A stretch of DNA of 63,248 bases, the filler included, from Octopus bimaculoides (Eukaryota): assembly GCF_001194135.2 (NCBI RefSeq). It is 9 parts of 7 records of this genome, joined end to end, with 100 filler letters (N's around TTAATTAATTAA, not from the genome) between each part and the next. Parts side by side here need not be neighbours in the genome. Positions count along the whole stretch, not along the records: positions 30,348 to 38,613 come from NC_068987.1; positions 38,714 to 42,076 come from NC_068996.1; positions 42,177 to 53,283 come from NC_068983.1; 6 more parts are not named here. The stretch is one strand, 5' to 3'. Under the pieces are notes generated by a model. It was not told where the DNA came from. It did not search any database and saw nothing but the letters and a program-made list of their open reading frames with translations. This document shows positions 35,134 through 47,193 of this stretch, piece by piece (positions within the stretch are counted from its first letter, which is position 1; every line of letters starts with the position of its first letter). Position numbers and translations under genes: made by a program.

Positions 35134-36254
35134 CAGTGGAGTACTTATATATGAACGGTTCTCAATACGAACGAATTGAATAAAGAGCAGCTTTTCTGTA
35201 GAAAAGGAAACTTACAAAACGAGCTGAAATTAGTACATCTAGCGGCAAGTAGATCACGTACGCATATAAGTGGCTGGGGAAGTCTGTACAACCGGCTCGT
35301 TCAAGTCCCGGAAAGCATTTCGTGTAGCTTGCGAATTTTCATATTATATATATAGCATACAATATTTATTGTACTTTTACTAAAAACATTACCATTTACG
35401 AACAGAGGGGGAGAGAAAGGAGAAAATGTAACACACTTTACGCACATTTACACATTAAGACTCCGTATATATACATATAATATATTATATTTGCTGTTGA
35501 TAGATAGATACATAAAACATTATTTCATATTTTTATGTGGAAATTGGTTGTGGCATGAATAGATTACCGCTACTTATAAGCATTTAAATTATTCATATAA
35601 CGAACAATTTTTTGAAGGAACACGTTTCCGCAAATGACCATGTTTGTATATAGAGATTCAACTATATGTGTGTGCGCATACATGTGTGTCTGTGTTTGCT
35701 TATGATACCTAAAGTATACACAGCACATGTAGGCCAGTTACTGTAGCATTTGTCCTGAGACTTGTCATGTGAAAGACATAATAAATATAGCTAGACCGCC
35801 AGATGCATTTTGGTATTTTTAGGTCTTTCTCAATAGCCCATACTCACAGTCAACTATTTGTTCGAACCAAAAATTCGTCGTCTCCGATATCAGAAACTAT
35901 GGATAAGGCATTCACTGATATTGCGAATAACTGTCCTGTTGATTAAAAATACAATATAAGCAATTGAGGCAATTTTTTAAAATCTAAAATACGTATCATT
36001 GTGTCACACTTAATGTATCCATTGTGATCCTGATTCATGTATTCATTCTGCTTTCCGTTTTCATTGATGACAAAGTGTAGCGCTCCCATATGTACGCACA
36101 CATGTATACGTATACATATGTATGTATGCATGTATGTATGTATGTATGTATGTATGTATGTATGTATGTATGTATGTATGTATACATGTCTTACTCTATA
36201 TGTATGTATATATATGTAGATGTGTGTATGTGTGTGTATATTTATATATATATA
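35134..36254 (+). repeat. Diverged direct duplication, copy 1; begins with a Tigger/pogo-like TIR
   Basis: TA|CAGTGGAGTACTTATATATGAACGGTTCTCAATACGAACG... is colinear with 37385-38340 throughout. Confidence 0.9.
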
Positions 36255-37049
36255 NNNNNNNNNNNNNNNNNNNNNNNNNNNNNNNNNNNNNNNNNNNNNN
36301 NNNNNNNNNNNNNNNNNNNNNNNNNNNNNNNNNNNNNNNNNNNNNNNNNNNNNNNNNNNNNNNNNNNNNNNNNNNNNNNNNNNNNNNNNNNNNNNNNNNN
36401 NNNNNNNNNNNNNNNNNNNNNNNNNNNNNNNNNNNNNNNNNNNNNNNNNNNNNNNNNNNNNNNNNNNNNNNNNNNNNNNNNNNNNNNNNNNNNNNNNNNN
36501 NNNNNNNNNNNNNNNNNNNNNNNNNNNNNNNNNNNNNNNNNNNNNNNNNNNNNNNNNNNNNNNNNNNNNNNNNNNNNNNNNNNNNNNNNNNNNNNNNNNN
36601 NNNNNNNNNNNNNNNNNNNNNNNNNNNNNNNNNNNNNNNNNNNNNNNNNNNNNNNNNNNNNNNNNNNNNNNNNNNNNNNNNNNNNNNNNNNNNNNNNNNN
36701 NNNNNNNNNNNNNNNNNNNNNNNNNNNNNNNNNNNNNNNNNNNNNNNNNNNNNNNNNNNNNNNNNNNNNNNNNNNNNNNNNNNNNNNNNNNNNNNNNNNN
36801 NNNNNNNNNNNNNNNNNNNNNNNNNNNNNNNNNNNNNNNNNNNNNNNNNNNNNNNNNNNNNNNNNNNNNNNNNNNNNNNNNNNNNNNNNNNNNNNNNNNN
36901 NNNNNNNNNNNNNNNNNNNNNNNNNNNNNNNNNNNNNNNNNNNNNNNNNNNNNNNNNNNNNNNNNNNNNNNNNNNNNNNNNNNNNNNNNNNNNNNNNNNN
37001 NNNNNNNNNNNNNNNNNNNNNNNNNNNNNNNNNNNNNNNNNNNNNNNNT

Positions 37050-37375
37050 AGTATCGCGGTTTCGATTCCCAGACCGGGCGTTGTGAGTGTTTATTGAGCG
37101 AAAACACCTAAAGTTCCACGAGACTCCGGCAGGGGATTGTGGCGAACCCTGCTGTACTCCTTCACCACAACTTTCTCTCACTCTTTCTTCCTGTTTCTGT
37201 TGTACCTGTATTTCAAAAGGCCAGCCTTGTCACACTCTGCGTCACGCTGAATCTCCCCCGAGATGTACGTTAAGGGAGTGCTCAGCTACTTGCACGTTAA
37301 TTTCACGAGCAGGCTGTTCCGTTGATCGGATCAACTGGAACCCTCGACGTCGTAACCGATGGAGTGCCAACAATA
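37050..37375 (+). mobile_element. SINE family B (5' end lost in gap), between the duplicated units
   Basis: B box GGTTTCGATTCCC, body TTCACGAGCAGGCTGTTCCGTTGATCGGATCAACTGGAACCCTCG, ending GTGCCAACAA. Confidence 0.85.
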
Positions 37376-37384
37376 TGCCAAGAA

Positions 37385-38340
37385 CAGTTGGGTACCTATA
37401 TATGAACAGTTTTCAATATGAACGAATTAAATAAAGAAAGGTTTTTCTATAGAAAATGAAACTTACACAACGAGGTGAGATTTGCATACCAACCCGCAAG
37501 CTAACCATGTACGCATAGAAGTGGCTAGGGAAGTCTGTACAACCCAGAAAGTCCCAGAAAGCATTTCATGTAGCTTGCGAATTTTCATATTATATACAGA
37601 ATATGATATTTTTCGTATTTTTGCTAAAAGCATTACCATTGACCAACAGAAGGAAGAGAAAGGAGAAAATGGAACATACACGTTACACACTTTCACACTC
37701 ATGTATATATGTGTGTGTGTATGTGTGTGTGTGTATTCCGCAAAAGACTATGTTCGTTTATAGAGATCCAACTATGTCTGTGTTTGTACGTGTGTGTGCG
37801 CATACGTATGTGCCTGTGTGTGTGCATCATACCTAAAGTATACACAGGACCTGTAGGCCAGATACTGCAGCATTTGTCTTGAGACTTGCTATGTGAAAGA
37901 CATAATAAATATAGCTAGACCGCTTGATGCATTTTGCTATTTTTAGGTCTTTTTCAATAGCCCATACTCACAGGCAACTACCTGTTTGAAAAAAAAAATT
38001 CGTCGTCTCTGATATAAGAAACCGTGAATAAAGCATTCACTGATATTGCGAATAAGCGTCCGGCTGATTAAAAATACAATATAGGCAATTGAGGCAATTT
38101 TTAATTAAAATACGTATCTATGTCTCACACTTAATGTATCCATTGACGTCCTGATTCATGTATTCATGCTGCCTTCCATTTTTATTGATGACAAAGTGTA
38201 ACGCACCTATATGCACGCACACATGTATATGTATACACATGTATAATATATACACATGTATCTATATATATATACATGTCTTAATCTATATGTAGGTACA
38301 TGTGTGTATGTGTATATATATATATATATATATATACATA
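37385..38340 (+). repeat. Diverged direct duplication, copy 2
   Basis: CAGTTGGGTACCTATATATGAACAGTTTTCAATATGAACG... with a 2251-bp offset at the start; roughly 80% identity by eye. Confidence 0.9.
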
Positions 38341-38390
38341 CATACAGCCAGACATACGTGTTACACATAAGTATATATATGCACTAATTT

Positions 38391-38435
<45 letters not shown>

Positions 38436-38613
38436 TAAGTACATGTGTATGTATATTAAGAGTAAAATGTCCTTGAATGATTAATTCGGTTAATAGCAAT
38501 TTTTTCTGTATAGTTATATATTTTACATAACTTGTATATAAATAGTTCTCTACAAAGAGTAACTTGTATAGTTTATCTTTCTTTTTCTTAGAAAAACTAA
38601 GTTTATTTTATGA

Positions 38614-38713
38614 NNNNNNNNNNNNNNNNNNNNNNNNNNNNNNNNNNNNNNNNNNNNTTAATTAATTAANNNNNNNNNNNNNNNNNNNNNNNNNNNNNNN
38701 NNNNNNNNNNNNN
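38614..38713. other. Artificial scaffold-join spacer
   Basis: N44-TTAATTAATTAA-N44. Confidence 0.97.
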
Positions 38714-38797
38714 GGAATCGATCCTATAACATTAAGATCGGGATCCCAACGTCTTAACCAGTAGACAAGACAACGCATAGTTATATGATTTAGATAA

Positions 38798-39590
38798 GGC
38801 GGCGAGCTGGAGGAAAAGTTAGCACGCCGGGCGAAATGCTTAGTGAGATTTCGTTTGTCTTTACCTTCTGAGTTCAAATTCCGCCGAGGTCGGCTTTGCC
38901 TCGGTTACGCACTGGGGTCGATGTCATCGACTTAATCCCTTTGTCCGTCCTTGTTTGTCCCCTCTATGTTTAGCCCCTTGTGAGCAATAAAGAAATAAGA
39001 AACGTTAACACGCCGGGCGAAATGCTTAGCGATATTTCGTCTGTCGTTATGTTCTGAGTTCAAATTCCGCAGAGCTCGACTTTGCCTTTCATCCTTTCGG
39101 AGTCGTTAACTTAAGTACCAGTTGCGTGCTGGGTCGATTTAATCGACTGGCCCCAACTCCCAGAATTTCGGGCCTTGTGCCTAGAGCAGCAAAGAATCTT
39201 TAGTAAGCCGGGAGAAATGCTTAGCGATATTTCGTCCGTTTTTATGTTCTGAGTCAAAACTCCACCGAATTTGACTTTGGCTTTCGTCCTTTCTGGGTCG
39301 ATAAAATAAGCACTAGATGAACACTGGTTGACTTACCTCCAGCTTGATACTGCTGCCCTTCGGTCAAAATTTGAAACCCAATACTGGAACCCGTCACAGG
39401 ACGGTTAGCTGTCAGAATCATTTGAGCGTCTGACAAAATGCTTAACGGATTCACCTCGTTCTGTTTTACCATCTGAGTTCAAATTCCACCGAGGCCAACA
39501 TTACCTTTCTTCTTTTCAGGGTCGATAAAATAAGTACTAGCTGAGCACTTGGGGTCAATATAATCGACGTACCCCTTTCCTTAAAATTCC
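38798..39590 (+). mobile_element. Head-to-tail cluster of four family D SINE copies
   Basis: AAATGCTTA....TTCG...TTCTGAGTTCAAATTCC.CCGA recurs near 38835, 39020, 39215 and 39437. Copies 1 and 2 have different 3' tails. Confidence 0.85.
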
Positions 39591-39849
39591 AGACGTCATG
39601 ACTTTTGTCGAAGGGTTATACGATCAAGTCGCGAATGCAAGATGCTGAAAGTGATATTAAACTGTCTACAGCGTAATCTTGTGGGTCTTCATTTGTGTTT
39701 GTTTGACTGAATTGAAAATATAAAAAAAATGTAATTCCTCCGTCAGTTCGTATAACTGAAGACATATATTTTCTTAGGTATTCGTGGATATTGTGTCTCT
39801 GGAGTATTTGTGTTCATCTTTGAATGCTTCTCTGAGTGCACGTGAGTGA

Positions 39850-39911
<62 letters not shown>

Positions 39912-40251
39912 AGGGAGAGAGAGAGAGTGACAAAGAGCGAGGGAGAGAGAGAGTGTGTGTGTGTGTGTTTGTGTTTGTGGATTTATGTTGCTTTTCAACT
40001 TCCATAGCAGGATGTATTTTATGTTTTTATCATGTACTTTTTCTCGTATGTAATCTCTTATGCATTAATCTGGATATCATTAGCGTGTGTCCGTGTGTGT
40101 GGGTGTGTCTCTGTATGTGTATATATATATATATATATANNNNNNNNNNNNNNNNNNNNNNNNNNNNNNNNNNNNNNNNNNNNNNNNNNNNNNNNNNNNN
40201 NNNNNNNNNNNNNNNNNNNNNNNNNNACACATGCATCCGTATAGGTATAAG

Positions 40252-40288
<37 letters not shown>

Positions 40289-40549
40289 TACATTACATAT
40301 CTACTTTATTTGTTTACCTGTCGACATGTTTGTGTGTGTGTGTACGCGTATGTAGGTGTGTCTAAACAGTCATCAGTCTTGCTTTGTGCGACAGTCGGTG
40401 CGAAACCGACGGTAGCATTGTGTCCAGTTATAAATCACAGCCAAAAATATATGGATCAAATGAATAACAATAAAACCATTCTATTTTTCATACTGAGTGT
40501 GTTGTTTCTAATGCATGGACAACTAACTGACAATATATATATATATTTA

Positions 40550-40793
40550 TATCTGTAATATAATATATGACTCCGAGTTTCGGATGTTGGGGCGGAAAAC
40601 TGCTCCGGCATCTTGTCAATAAAAAATGCTATGAAAATGACCGTAATTTCCCTTTGTTTAACGGTCATTTTCATAGAATTTTTTGATTGCGTCAATAACT
40701 GACGAGATGCCGGAGCAGTTTTCCGCCCCGACATCCGAAACTCGGAGTCTTTGTATGGCAACCGAATAATTGTCACATATTATATTACAGATA
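40550..40793. repeat. 244-bp interrupted palindrome (inverted Penelope-like terminal repeat or MITE)
   Basis: Outer IR TATCTGTAATATA / TATATTACAGATA. Middle IR of ~50 bp GACTCCGAGTTTCGGATG...GCATCTTGTCA. Inner IR ATGAAAATGACCGT / ACGGTCATTTTCAT. Confidence 0.9.
40694..40754 (+). ncRNA. Hammerhead ribozyme motif in the right arm of the palindrome
   Basis: AAUAA-CUGACGA-GAUG...CAUC-c-GAA-ACU-CGG-AGU-C-UUUGU. Core intact with GUC triplet; helix I weak. Confidence 0.55.
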
Positions 40794-40884
40794 GATTCCT
40801 CTATTTACATAATATCGAGATCTCATTCATTCTTTTGTTGCCTTACCATTACTATTAACATATATATATATGATGGTGGACTCT

Positions 40885-41150
40885 CTCGTCGAAGACATAG
40901 TATGTGCATTCAGCTTTTGCCAAACGACCTGCACAAATGATTTGCTTATCGTGATCAAATGTTCGTGTTGCACATTAGCTCACTCTTTCCATCAAATCAA
41001 TGTTGTTTGAACTGGTGCATGGTGTACCACGTGTCAGGTGTCGAAGTGATTGCATAGCAACTGGAGCTGAAGTGTTTTGATCAAGAAAACACCGCTCCAC
41101 CCCGGTCTAGGAATTGAAGTCACGATCGCTAGATCATGAGTGCCACATCC
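40885..41150 (-). mobile_element. Decayed tRNA-derived SINE
   Basis: Minus strand ATGATCTAGCGATCGTGACTTCAATTCCTAGACC...TTGATCAAAACACTTCAGCTCCAGTTGCT resembles the tRNA-head plus GAGCAAGACACTT arrangement of other copies. Confidence 0.55.
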
Positions 41151-41159
41151 TGACACACA

Positions 41160-41191
<32 letters not shown>

Positions 41192-42076
41192 NNNNNNNNN
41201 NNNNNNNNNNNNNNNNNNNNNNNNNNNNNNNNNNNNNNNNNNNNNNNNNNNNNNNNNNNNNNNNNNNNNNNNNNNNNNNNNNNNNNNNNNNNNNNNNNNN
41301 NNNNNNNNNNNNNNNNNNNNNNNNNNNNNNNNNNNNNNNNNNNNNNNNNNNNNNNNNNNNNNNNNNNNNNNNNNNNNNNNNNNNNNNNNNNNNNNNNNNN
41401 NNNNNNNNNNNNNNNNNNNNNNNNNNNNNNNNNNNNNNNNNNNNNNNNNNNNNNNNNNNNNNNNNNNNNNNNNNNNNNNNNNNNNNNNNNNNNNNAAATG
41501 CGGAGGAATATCGTGGCGAACAGAAAACACGACAGGAAAACGAAGCAGTGAATATAAACAAGAAGGACTATAAGGCCATACGTGAAAAAAATATACATGC
41601 ATACTGAACACTGTGATGTGACGAACTTGAGGGGAAGAGAGAAGAAACCAGGAACCATGTGTTTGGTAAGCAAGCTACTTACCACACAGCCACTCCTATG
41701 CGTGTGTGTATCTGTGTGTATGTGTGTGTATTTACAAATGTATGTATTTATATATGTGTGTATGTGTGTGTGTGTTTGTATGTGTTTGTGTTTATGTATG
41801 TATATACACAAACTCCCACATATGTACGTCTACATATATCCGTATACACATTCATACATATACATAAATACACACACGCATGCATATATTTACACATATG
41901 CGAATCTATAAGCACACACACTCAGTGTGTGTCTTACTATACGTTTGTGGACATACGTAGAAGTCTAAAAGTATATACACGTTAACTCTTTTATTTGTTT
42001 GTCAAGCGAAAGTGGTGGTTGTGGTGGGCGGGGGGAAGACATACACAAACAACATATATATATATATATATATATA

Positions 42077-42176
42077 NNNNNNNNNNNNNNNNNNNNNNNN
42101 NNNNNNNNNNNNNNNNNNNNTTAATTAATTAANNNNNNNNNNNNNNNNNNNNNNNNNNNNNNNNNNNNNNNNNNNN
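42077..42176. other. Artificial scaffold-join spacer
   Basis: N44-TTAATTAATTAA-N44. Confidence 0.97.
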
Positions 42177-42989
42177 GAGCGGAATTGCTGATAATAAGCT
42201 GATCTTTGGATCACTTTGTGATTATAGTAATATCCGCGAAACGATCGAAAGATATTTAACTCTTTAAATTTTAGGTTCTTTTATATTTTATATTTTAGAC
42301 TTTACAATATTCATGCTTAATTACGCATAAATTTTTATACGCATTTATATTCACACGTATTTTTATCTACATTCAGATTTTTATACATATTGATATTTAT
42401 ATTTCGTATGTTTATATTTTAAATTATAAATTTATAATGTTGCCGCGTCATATTGGATGTATGTCTTTCGAAATATTAAATATTGATTTCCTGAGTATAT
42501 TATTGATAAGTTTATGAATTTATTAATAATATAAAAACACATATATACACATTTATTTGCTCAAAATAATTGAGCACTCAATATAAGTTCAGTTATATAT
42601 TCTTTTAGAATATTACTTATAATAGTTATATATATATATATATATAAATCCGTAAATACGTACATACGTAAATACATACATATATTCATACACACACGCA
42701 CACGTTACTCATTGCTTTCCGCCTTGTTATTTTTCTTATTAGGTATGTAGCCCCGTAGTCAGCCGTGCTGGTAGAGTTCGATGGCCAAAGAATTTTCAGT
42801 TCTGACCATTTAGTCGATTTTTTTTCTTTGACACTATACGACTATCATTATCGATTGTGTGACACTTTAATTTATGTGGGTAGGATGTGGTATGAGAGAG
42901 TTTTAGTTGCTTTATATATTTAGCAGATCGATCGAGCAATTACATATAAACTCTCTCCTCGGCTCTTTTATTTAATTTGTGTAAAATAT

Positions 42990-43345
42990 TGCTCAGTTCT
43001 ATATTTAAGAGATGAGGAATTCTGTACATTATTTACATTCGACGGATATTTGTCCTCATCTTGTTTGTTATTAACACAATGTTTCGGCTGATATACCCTC
43101 CAGCCTTCTTCAGGTGTCTTGGGGAAATTTCGAACCTGGGTTCTCATTCCTAAGATATTTTTCGATATTATCATTACTATTGTTATTATTAATAATATTA
43201 TAATTATTAATAATATTATAATTATTATTTCGATTTTATTATTATTATCATTATTATTTGTGTTCAGGTCACTGCTTGGAATCGAACTCGGAATCTTGGG
43301 GTTAGTAGCGTGCGCTCTTAACCACTACGCCATATACCCGTGGGC
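42990..43345 (-). mobile_element. tRNA-headed SINE with (AAT)n linker and hammerhead-bearing 3' domain, copy 1
   Basis: A box TGGCGTAGTGG, B box GAGTTCGATTCC, (AAT)n, then GACAC-CTGAAGA-AGGCTG..CAGCC-GAAAC-ATT-GTGTT (43118-43073). Colinear with 49176-49910. Confidence 0.8.
43073..43118 (-). ncRNA. Minimal type I hammerhead motif (helix III reduced)
   Basis: Helix I GACAC/GTGTT, core CUGAAGA, helix II GGCTG/CAGCC, GAAAC. The probable CGTT palindrome has decayed to CATT. Confidence 0.55.
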
Positions 43346-43362
43346 ACATGGCGTATTGCTAC

Positions 43363-43434
43363 TTAAATGGTAATACGTACCCTTACTATTTGTCATGTGT
43401 AAACCCGAGAGGTAATGTTCGTATTTCATCTCTT
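43363..43434 (+). repeat. 72-bp dispersed direct repeat (partner 44791-44862)
   Basis: TTAAA(T/C)GGTAATACGTACCCTTACTATTTGTCATGTGTAAA.CCGAGAGGTAA.GTTCGTATT.CATCTCTT, 4 mismatches. Confidence 0.9.
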
Positions 43435-44218
43435 TTTATTATTGTTTATTTCTAGATAACTTTCATCATTCTAAACAGACCATTTCATTTATGGGCACTT
43501 CATTTATTTTTTTCGGACAACCGTGTCTATTTATTGGGTACTTTGTTTCGGCTAAAAAGCAAGAGAGTAATAAACGTGAAAACCAGCTAAAATTTCCAAT
43601 AGGTCGACCGACCTAACATAAGGTCACACACGGGCCCATTTTCATACTATTGTAGACATCACCAACTCTATAATGTCCCTATAATGTATTACTCAGGATT
43701 ATTGTCCGATGTTCTGAGATATTTCTAATCATTTGCAGTTTGATAAGGCATTTGTCTCTTAGAGACAAACATCTTTAAATTAGAGTTATTTGGAAACATT
43801 AGTGTTTGATTAATTTTTGAAATTCATCTTAGAGAGTTATCATTATTTCTTGTATGCAGCAGAATAGAGGTGAACGTGGATACTTGTCATTGGCAGTCGG
43901 AGCCATCTTGAATTAGTAGGATTTCTTGGTTGGACCAATACGAATTTCCCCCTCTATTGGGACATCCTATTTCATTTTGTGTACAGTTATTTCCAATGTT
44001 TGTTTTATTTTCTCTTTCTTTCATGATCTATTCTGTTTCATACTCTCATTAATGTTTTACAAATTATTTGCCGTCTCACTATTCACCTTTGTGGCGAATA
44101 AGCGAATGAAGATTGTCGATTGTGTGTGTGCGTGTGTGTGTGTGCTTTTTTTTCTTTTTTTGCTTCGTTTTTACTTGTTTCAGTCATTTGACTGCGACCA
44201 TGCACCGCCACTAGTCGG

Positions 44219-44277
<59 letters not shown>

Positions 44278-44312
44278 CATATATATTTATATATATTGTG
44301 ACATACAGACTT

Positions 44313-44343
<31 letters not shown>

Positions 44344-44362
44344 AACAGAAAAACAGACTGAG

Positions 44363-44395
<33 letters not shown>

Positions 44396-45042
44396 TAAGT
44401 TTTACAATTCACATTGCCATACCATAAGTTTTTTACTCTAAATTCGTGTTGATGAAATATACGCATGATAGAAAGACTTACGCATAATCTTCTTTACTAT
44501 GGTTGAAGCTATGAACTCTAGCTTTGAAGAAGATTATAAAGGGTAGCAGAATTCAACGTCTGATTTCTAATTTTGATACGAGAACACCGGAACACATTTA
44601 TATGGTCGGTTCCCCAACTCTTTTCAGATACAATACCGATTCCTGTTCAGTATGCTATCAACAATGAATGAGGAGGTATATCGTGAAAATAAATCTGGTT
44701 GTGTCAGTCTTGCTTGTTTCACATTCCCTTGGGATGATTAGCTGCTATTTCTAGTGGGGGATAAAACTAAAAAGTTATATATCCTGCTAATTAAACGGTA
44801 ATACGTACCCTTACTATTTGTCATGTGTAAAACCGAGAGGTAACGTTCGTATTGCATCTCTTACGTATTATCCCGCCTGTTGTTTGAGCATTTTAGTCAG
44901 CCTTTGTCGATAAACAATTTCTAATTAAAGTACTAACAGGGATTACTATTTCCAACTCATTGAAATAACAAGTTGAATATCATTAATGGGTTAAATTAGA
45001 AAAGTTTTATTTAGCTGAAATATAGAAAAAAAAAATTTCATA

Positions 45043-45218
45043 GGCGTAAGAGTGGCTGTATGGTAGATAGCATGCTTACCAACTACATGGTTCCGGGTTC
45101 AGTCCCACTGCGTGGCACCTTGGGCAAGTGTCTTCTACTATAGCCCCGGGCCGACCAAAGACTTGTGAGTGGATTTGGTAGACGGAAATTGAAAGAAGCC
45201 CGTCGTACATATACACAG

Positions 45219-45263
<45 letters not shown>

Positions 45264-45340
45264 NNNNNNNNNNNNNNNNNNNNNNNNNNNNNNNNNNNNN
45301 NNNNNNNNNNNNNNNNNNNNNNNNNNNNTGTGTGTGTGTT

Positions 45341-45378
<38 letters not shown>

Positions 45379-45611
45379 TATATATTTGTGTGCCTGTGTT
45401 TGTCCCTCCCAGCATCGCTTAAGAACCGATGCTGGTGTGTTTACGTCCCCGTAACTTAGCGGTTCGGCAAGAGAGCGATAGAATAAGTACTAGGCTTCCA
45501 AAGAATAAGTCCTGGGGTCCATTTGCTCGACTAAAGGCGGTGCTTCAGCATGGCCACAGTCAAATGACTGAAACCAGTAAAAGAGTAAAAGAGTAAAAAG
45601 AGAGTAAAGAG
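45043..45611 (+). mobile_element. SINE family A, full young copy
   Basis: GGCGTAAGAGTGGCTGTATGGTAG...GGGTTCAGTCCCACTGCG, central microsatellite and gap, tail GACTGAAACCAGTAAAAGAGTAAAAGAG. Confidence 0.9.
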
Positions 45612-45881
45612 ACATGTTTATGGATTGCAAGTGAGTTTATATTGCAACTTACCTTACAACTATTTGTGTTTGATGCGTATATAGGACACTGTCCAGTCAA
45701 ACAACTGAACTGTAACACCTAGAGCTCTATTAACCATGTATTAGCATATGTATGTGAAAGTCCAGGGCAAGATCAATCGTTCCAGTACGTCTTCGAAATG
45801 GTATCGTCACAAAGTTGTTTTCAGAACACAAAGAGCCAGAATAGATGCTACAAGGCATTTTGGTCAAATAGTCACGCCATT

Positions 45882-46004
45882 CATCTGCAATATTTATTAT
45901 TTATGAACGTACATCACAAAATACAGAGAAGCGTGTAGATGCACAAACACACAAGTACATATATTTACAGGGTGCCTGACAGATCAGATTTAGAGTAAAA
46001 TGTA
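45882..46004 (+). repeat. 123-bp dispersed direct repeat (partner 47786-47908)
   Basis: CATCTGCAATATTTATTATTTA...CAGAGAAGCGTG.AGATGCACAAACACACAAG...GATTTAGAGTAAAATGTA, about 90% identical by eye. Confidence 0.9.
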
Positions 46005-47151
46005 CTTTGCAATCGATCCTGAAACGATGAAAGACAAAATTGACCTTGACGTCGTATGAAGTCAGAGTGCAGAGAGTTGGATCAAGTACTGCGAACAGTT
46101 TTAGCTAATGCCCGTACGACTCTACCACTTCACCACATAAACATAACAACAAATCAAGCCTTAAACCTAATGGATTTTCGAGCGTTAGTATTGTCAATGT
46201 TATTTAGAGCCGGTGGAACATATGAATAAGAACGGGTTAGATATTACTTATTCACTCGTCTCATAGATGTGTTGCTTTCACTGTTGAGCCAATGTTATTA
46301 CCGATGCTACCGTTCATTAGAAATTTCAGTATGCTGGTGTTGCGTCTCTAAAAGCAATAAATTACGTTCTTGTATATTCTACAGAACCAATAACACGGAA
46401 TTGGAAAGGAAATGTCCTAACATAAATTCTAGCATGTGACAACTATGACTCACTTGCTTTAATCAGTCTTTAGATGTCATAAGACTATTGCAATATCAAG
46501 TAACTGATTTATGACTTCGACCTGTTATTTTTACATTTTTCTTATTTCATTTTTTGAGGAGGCCATCTTTTTATAGTATGGTTTAAATTTGCAGTCAAAT
46601 TGCTCAAATGACAGAATTCATTATGAAAAACTAATTGTTTCTGTTATTTTAGCTAAAATTTCCATCTCAAGGTTCATTGTCCGGTCAATGAAATACAATG
46701 AGTTGTGGTAACTTTTATTGTTGAAACACATCAAAACAACGCAACTAAAACCACATACACACTCGCTAACACGTTTACAAACTCACACACACGCAAAAAC
46801 AAATATCTCCATATCTACTCACGTACAAGTGCAGGCACCTACCTGCACACCAACTCATATAAAATAAAATATAAAGTAATGAAAATAAATGTTTACTAGG
46901 TCGATGAATAGCTTAAAAGATCACCAAGCAAATTCCCCAATAAAATAGAATTCAACAAACCGTACGCATGATCATATTATCAACAACATGGAGATTTTAT
47001 TTAGTATTCAGCATATTTTAGTGCTAAAACCCATAAAACAGTTTAAATTTAATTATAAGAGACACAACAAAGCAATAAATGTCTGTAAAGCTTGTTAACT
47101 TAATAAATTACACAATTTTTACAATTATTAACTTGTATGTTTTTTTAGCCC

Positions 47152-47193
<42 letters not shown>

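Noticed and set aside
35943-36090. Minus-strand peptide ...IKCDTMIRILDFKKLPQLLILYF resembling a USP Cys/KLP motif
   Set aside because: The duplicate at ~38080-38200 has a stop, a frameshift and mostly non-synonymous changes, and no splice sites frame it.
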